Shown: positions 59,109 to 64,000 of the stretch, in pieces
Layout of the letters: each line of letters opens with the position of its first letter
Numbering within the stretch: position 1 is the first letter of the stretch
Source: Phormidesmis sp.
GTDB lineage: Bacteria > Cyanobacteriota > Cyanobacteriia > Leptolyngbyales > Leptolyngbyaceae
Length of the DNA: 64,000 nt
Direction: 5' to 3'
NCBI GenBank assembly: GCA_965248535.1
Contig: CBDFJR010000005.1
Coordinates: 2,176,001 to 2,240,000, forward strand
Made by a program: the position numbers and the translations under genes
Notes under the pieces: model-generated
Databases searched by the model: none
The model's input: only the letters and a program-made list of their open reading frames with translations
What the model was told of the DNA's origin: nothing

Positions 59109-61096
59109 AGTCTCTAGCTGAGTCAGGTTCGAGGGATCAGGCATCTCTTGTGGCGGCGATCAATCTGCTTTGTGAAATGCTTGAGCGTCATGTAGCTGGA
59201 CTGTCCTGCACAGAAAACCAGCCCGATCAGATCTTCCATCACCAGACAGAAGCGGGGTCAGATGCTTCGGCGCTAGAGCGATTGTGTCAGATCTTTCAGC
59301 TTTCAGCCTTTGAGCGCAACATCTTACTCTTGTGTGCGGGAAGCGCGATCGATTCGCGGTTTGAATTGCTGTGTGCTGCCGCTCAGGGTGCGCCCCACAA
59401 GTCCTATCCAACATTCAGTTTGGCCTATACTGTGTTTCCTCAAGTCCATTGGAGTGCGATGACTCCAGATGCTCCTTTGCGACACTGGCGACTGCTCACT
59501 TTCGCTGAAGTAACTGCCTTTATGCACTCACCGCTCCAAATTGATGAGCGCATTCTGCATTACTTGGCGGGCATTGAAACGTCAGATCCGCAGTTGCTCA
59601 GTTTATCTAAGGTTCCGCAGCCGCTTGGCAAGTTGGTGCCTTCTCATCAAACGTTGGTACAGCAGATCACCGCGTTGTGGCAAGGCGACTTCTCGATCGC
59701 ATCTCCTCCTGTGATTCAGCTTTGCGGCTCTGAGCCAGACGACCACTGTGCGATCGCTCTAACGATTTGCGATAAGCTCTCCCTCCAACTGAGGCGGTTA
59801 GCAGCCCATCGCATCCCGGTGGAGACGAAAGAACTAGCGGAGTTTATCGATCGCTGGGAGCGAGAGTCGCGGCTCACATCAGGGGCGCTCCTTTTAACCT
59901 GCGAGGCTGTCGATCGACTGAATGCCACGCAAATGAGCGCGATCGTGCAACTGATTGAGCAAACCCAAGGAAGACTGATTCTGACTAGCCGAGAACCGCT
60001 CCAAGGCATTCAGCGATCGGTTGTTCGGTTTGACATTCCCAAACCCAGCCCTCAAGAACAGTTGATCATTTGGCAAACCTCGATCGCGAATCAAAGCCCA
60101 ACAAAGTCTCGCAGCAAAACTCAACAACAGAACGATCTCATTAAGCCAGAGCAACTTCGAGAACTCTGTGCCCAGTTCAATTTAAGTACCTCAATGATTC
60201 ATCGTGTGCGTACCGCAGATCAAAGCGAATCAGCGTTTCATTCCTACGATCGTCTATGGGAAACGTGCCGCGTTCAGGCTCGTCCTCGATTAGACGAATT
60301 AGCCACGCGGATTGAATCCGGTGCAGATTGGCAAGATTTAGTATTACCTGAGCAGCAAGCACAGACACTGCGGGCGATCGCAGCACAGGTGCGTCAGCGG
60401 TCAACAGTTTACGAAACGTGGGGATTTGCCGCTAAAAATCAGCGCGGGTTAGGAATTAGTGTCCTGTTTGCCGGATCGAGCGGCACGGGCAAGACACTCG
60501 CGGCTGAAGTCCTCGCGCAAGCGCTACACCTTGACCTTTATAAAATTGACTTATCTTCGGTCGTCAGCAAATACATTGGTGAAACCGAGAAAAATTTGCA
60601 GCGCATATTTGATGCTGCTGCCCACGGGGGAGTCATTTTGTTGTTTGACGAAGCTGATGCCTTATTTGGCAAGCGCAGTGAGGTGAAAGATTCCCGCGAT
60701 CGCTATGCCAATCTGGAAGTCAGCTATCTCTTACAGCAAATCGAAACCTATGCGGGACTTGCGATTCTCACCACCAATCTTCAAAGTCATTTAGATCCGG
60801 CTTTTCTGCGGCGGCTAAGATTTGTTGTCCAGTTTCCCTTTCCTGACGCAGCGCAGCGGACTGAAATTTGGCGGCGAGTTTTCCCTCCTAAAACGCCGAT
60901 CGAGGGGCTGGATGCGGTTAAACTTGCTCAACTAAATGTCGCAGGAGGAAACATTCGGAATATTGCTTTAAACGGCGCGTTTTTAGCCGCTGATGCCAAA
61001 GAGCCAGTGCAAATGAAACATTTGTTGCAAGCAGCACAAGCAGAATATACCAAACTAGAGAAATCGCTAACAGAAACAGAAATCGCGGGTTGGTAA
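59105..61096 (+). CDS. Afp15/Pvc15-like AAA+ ATPase
   Basis: GSSGTGKT, SKYIGETEKNL, LFDEADALFGKR, DRYANLEVSYLLQ. Confidence 0.92.
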   Translation: MKSLAESGSRDQASLVAAINLLCEMLERHVAGLSCTENQPDQIFHHQTEAGSDASALERLCQIFQLSAFERNILLLCAGSAIDSRFELLCAAAQGAPHKSYPTFSLAYTVFPQVHWSAMTPDAPLRHWRLLTFAEVTAFMHSPLQIDERILHYLAGIETSDPQLLSLSKVPQPLGKLVPSHQTLVQQITALWQGDFSIASPPVIQLCGSEPDDHCAIALTICDKLSLQLRRLAAHRIPVETKELAEFIDRWERESRLTSGALLLTCEAVDRLNATQMSAIVQLIEQTQGRLILTSREPLQGIQRSVVRFDIPKPSPQEQLIIWQTSIANQSPTKSRSKTQQQNDLIKPEQLRELCAQFNLSTSMIHRVRTADQSESAFHSYDRLWETCRVQARPRLDELATRIESGADWQDLVLPEQQAQTLRAIAAQVRQRSTVYETWGFAAKNQRGLGISVLFAGSSGTGKTLAAEVLAQALHLDLYKIDLSSVVSKYIGETEKNLQRIFDAAAHGGVILLFDEADALFGKRSEVKDSRDRYANLEVSYLLQQIETYAGLAILTTNLQSHLDPAFLRRLRFVVQFPFPDAAQRTEIWRRVFPPKTPIEGLDAVKLAQLNVAGGNIRNIALNGAFLAADAKEPVQMKHLLQAAQAEYTKLEKSLTETEIAGW

Positions 61097-61204
61097 GCTT
61101 TGATCGAGATTACGATTCAACTTTAGACTTCTGGCTAATTGCTTGCCGTCCATGATTGTGCAAGGGTAGATCATCAATTCACGATCGTTGTCGAGGAATT
61201 CGTC

Positions 61205-62350
61205 ATGTCGGAGCAGTTGCACATCCGCAAAAAAGCAGATGGGTCAGATTCAACTACTGAGTCCAGTCAGATCCAAGCGCATGTTCATCCGACTCAAGCT
61301 CGATTCCAACAGAAACCATCGAGTTCGACGGATATTGAAGATCAGGCGATGCGATCGTACCAGCATGAGACGACGGTTCTATCAATCCAGGCAAAGCATG
61401 GCACGATTACGCCCGCAGGTCAGGAACGACTAACCGTTGTGCAAGCCAAGATGGCGGATTACTGGCAGCCAAAGTTAGAGAGTGCCAATCTTGTATCTCA
61501 AAGTCCCATCCAGTGCAAACTCACCATTGGAGCGCCAGGAGATCAGTATGAACAAGAAGCCGATCGTGTTGCCGCGCAAGTCGTGAACCAGATTCATGCC
61601 CCAACTGCTGTAGAACCAACTCAAGCTCAAACTGTGCAGCGTGAGGAAACGCTAGAAGAAGACGAACTTCAGATGAAGCCAATGGTACAACTTCAGGGAA
61701 GTGGGGATGCGATCGCTGCGCCGCCAGACCTAGAAACTGCTATCAACCAGGCAAGAGAAGGTGGACAACCTCTCGATCAGACGATTCGAGAGCCGATCGA
61801 GCAGGCAATGGGGGCAGATTTTAGTGGAGTGAAGGTGCACACCGATGCTCAGGCTGACCAGTTGAATCGAGCAGTTCAGGCAAGGGCATTTACAACAGGA
61901 CAGGATGTATTCTTTCGGCAGGGGGAATATAATCCTGGGAGTCGAGGGGGGCAGGAGTTGATTGCTCACGAATTGACCCATGTGGTACAGCAGAAGGACA
62001 ATCACTTGTCAAGAAGCTCTCTCCCCTATAAATTCCATATATCTTCTATATCTCAACCTACATTACAGTGTACTTGGAAATCACCAGGATCATTGACGAC
62101 TCATTTTCAAAAGCACGTTATCAATCAGAATGACGCGGGTGTGGCTTATGCTGATGAGGCAGCGTATGAAAGTGCCGCTGATAGTATAGTAGCTAATTCA
62201 ACCTCCCTAAAAAAGCCACGTGCTGCTGGCGGGTCATACCACCTCCTACCATCCACCGGACAGTTCGTTGCAACCGATGCTGGTGGTTCAGTTATAACAA
62301 TGTTTGTTCCTAGCAGCAATCCATTGGCATACTATAATAGTCAGACATAA
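61205..62350 (+). CDS. DUF4157 (eCIS core domain) effector with a C-terminal putative RNase toxin
   Basis: GDQYEQEADRVA, GADFSGVKVH, ARAFTTG, LIAHELTHVVQQ; tip LTTHFQKH...Y...A...GSVITMFVP. Confidence 0.85.
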   Translation: MSEQLHIRKKADGSDSTTESSQIQAHVHPTQARFQQKPSSSTDIEDQAMRSYQHETTVLSIQAKHGTITPAGQERLTVVQAKMADYWQPKLESANLVSQSPIQCKLTIGAPGDQYEQEADRVAAQVVNQIHAPTAVEPTQAQTVQREETLEEDELQMKPMVQLQGSGDAIAAPPDLETAINQAREGGQPLDQTIREPIEQAMGADFSGVKVHTDAQADQLNRAVQARAFTTGQDVFFRQGEYNPGSRGGQELIAHELTHVVQQKDNHLSRSSLPYKFHISSISQPTLQCTWKSPGSLTTHFQKHVINQNDAGVAYADEAAYESAADSIVANSTSLKKPRAAGGSYHLLPSTGQFVATDAGGSVITMFVPSSNPLAYYNSQT

Positions 62351-62520
62351 GGAGAGTTAAACAATCTGTTTGTATCTTAGAGGTACTAGTGAGAGCAGTC
62401 AAGAGTTAATATTCTAAATAGCGTAAAAGCTTTATCATAGATCTTCTGCTAGAAAGTTTTAACAACAATCTTTCCCAGTAGTAAGCACTGAGTCAATATT
62501 TAAGGAGTTAAAAAATAACG

Positions 62521-62772
62521 ATGTATAGATGCCAAGTATGTGGTTACAACGGACTAGAAGAACCTCCTTTCGATGTTACCGGCTCACCCTCGTTTGAAAT
62601 ATGTCCTTCTTGTGGAACAGAGTTTGGTTATGATGATGCAGAGACGGATCATGCCACTTTGCGTCACAATTGGATTCAATCTGGTGCTAAGTGGTGGAGT
62701 TCATCTACCCCTCCTCCTCCTGGTTGGAATCCTGATGAACAGTTGAGAGAAGCAGGATTATCTAGCAACTGA
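62521..62772 (+). CDS. Cys-rich (CPCC-like) putative immunity protein
   Basis: CQVCGY...FEICPSCGTEFGYDD...R..W; AAGGAG SD; directly after the toxin gene. Confidence 0.75.
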   Translation: MYRCQVCGYNGLEEPPFDVTGSPSFEICPSCGTEFGYDDAETDHATLRHNWIQSGAKWWSSSTPPPPGWNPDEQLREAGLSSN

Positions 62773-63122
62773 CCTGTACTGACCTCGTAGCGCGATCGCT
62801 CATTGCGTTTTTGTGAATGAGTGCGATCGCTACCAAGTAGCGCTCTTCCGGGGTTGTGGTGTTAGTGGTATAGTGCGATACGTTTGGTTAAACATTAACC
62901 ATGGACTTTCATCTGAATCTCAACCTTGGATTTCAATCGGAGAAGAACCGTTTTATTTTAGCCTAGCTGAGAAATGCAACCCCTGTGGTATCTGCGAAGA
63001 TGCGATCGCCCTTAAAAACACCCTGCGATCGCGATCAACTTTAGACTTCTGGCTAATTGCTTGCTGTCCATTCCTGTGTCAGAGTAGATCATCAATTCAC
63101 GATCGTTGTCGAGGAACTCGCC

Positions 63123-64000
63123 ATGTCGGAGCAGTTGCACATCCGCAAAAAAGCAGATGGGTCAGATTCAACTACTGAGTCCAGTCAGATCCAAGTGCAT
63201 GTTCATTCGGCTCAAGCTCGACTAGCGCAAAGCACAACTCCGCGGGGACTGCAACCGCAACGGTCGAGTTCCCCGAATGTCGAAGATCAACTGATGCGAT
63301 CGTACCAGCACGAAGAGACGATTCTCGCAATTCAGGCGAAGCACGGCACGATTTCACCTGCAGGACAGGAACGGCTCACCGTTGTCCAAGCGAAGATGAC
63401 GGATTACTGGCAGCCAAAGTTAGAGAGTGCCAATGTTGTGCCACAAATTCCCATCCAGCGCAAACTGACGATCGGGCAACCGAATGACAAGTATGAGCAA
63501 GAAGCCGATCGTGTTGCCGCCCAAGTCGTGAACCAGATTCATGCCCCAACCGCTCTAGCGCCAGCAGTGCAGCGTGAGGAAATGCCAGAAGAAGAACTCC
63601 AGATGAAGCCCATCCCGCAGCTTCAGACGAGTGGGGATGCGATCGCTGCGCCGCCAGACCTAGAAACTGCTATCAACCAGGCAAGAGGAGGTGGACAATC
63701 TCTCGATCAGACGATTCGAGAGCCGATTGAGCAGGCAATGGGAGCAGATTTTAGTGGAGTGAAGGTTCACACCGATGCTCAGGCAGACCAGTTGAATCGA
63801 TCGGTTCAGGCAAGGGCATTTACGACGGGGCAAGATGTGTTCTTTCGGCAGGGAGAATATAATCCTGGGAGTCGCGGCGGGCAGGAGTTGATTGCTCACG
63901 AACTGACCCATGTGGTGCAGCAAAATGGTGGGGGTGTGCAGCGAAGCCGTCCCACTAAACCAAATAAGGGAGATGTGTCTGATCCGGCTGTTCCCCAAAA
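63123..64000 (+). CDS. Second DUF4157 effector (5' part, runs off the window)
   Basis: Manual translation is open from ATG 63123 to the window end; close paralog of 61205 up to HELTHVVQQ, then divergent. Confidence 0.85.
   Translation, partial: MSEQLHIRKKADGSDSTTESSQIQVHVHSAQARLAQSTTPRGLQPQRSSSPNVEDQLMRSYQHEETILAIQAKHGTISPAGQERLTVVQAKMTDYWQPKLESANVVPQIPIQRKLTIGQPNDKYEQEADRVAAQVVNQIHAPTALAPAVQREEMPEEELQMKPIPQLQTSGDAIAAPPDLETAINQARGGGQSLDQTIREPIEQAMGADFSGVKVHTDAQADQLNRSVQARAFTTGQDVFFRQGEYNPGSRGGQELIAHELTHVVQQNGGGVQRSRPTKPNKGDVSDPAVPQ

Noticed and set aside
53734..61096. Prophage
   Set aside because: No integrase, capsid, portal or terminase; Pvc16, Afp15 ATPase and DUF4157 are eCIS markers
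62813..63178. 121-aa Cys-rich ORF as a gene
   Set aside because: It spans a HIP1-flanked hairpin and the duplicated leader and overlaps the next gene out of frame; at most a fragment of an unrecognised remnant
1..64000. CRISPR array, rRNA or tRNA genes
   Set aside because: No regularly spaced repeat-spacer series or recognisable structural RNA gene was seen; the recurring GCGATCGC is HIP1
63123..64000. Second DUF4157 copy as a pseudogene (absent from the ORF track)
   Set aside because: Manual translation shows an uninterrupted frame to the window edge

Overview
This is a cyanobacterial chromosomal window, judged from the dense HIP1 octamer GCGATCGC and cyanobacterial-type genes (glgC, class II fbaA, hetP, Uma2, DUF2949). 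Housekeeping genes (CDC48-like ATPase, gcvT/gcvH, glgC, ABC-F, a stand-alone fusA, trhO, tlyA, fbaA) alternate with accessory modules: an NLR-like NB-ARC repeat protein, a multicopper oxidase/lipoprotein/FTR1 iron-uptake cluster, a HetC-like C39 transporter-HlyD-HetP cluster, a NarL-type two-component system facing Spy-like genes, MITEs and a group II intron remnant. From 53.7 kb to the end lies an extracellular contractile injection system (eCIS) with tandem DUF4157 polymorphic toxin cassettes. The most striking unannotated signal is at 8149-8474 (minus strand), upstream of a short DAHP synthase that lacks an ACT domain. A sigma70-type promoter is followed by two complete ribosome-mediated attenuators in series. 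Each has an aromatic-rich leader peptide (MSHNTFFFFWREAVHLG and MLHLNSWRFRFYFFIPTSSG), a U-tailed terminator and a mutually exclusive antiterminator. Four genes are split by frameshifts that may be assembly errors. No rRNA, tRNA or CRISPR array was seen. All family assignments come from motif recognition, not database searches.
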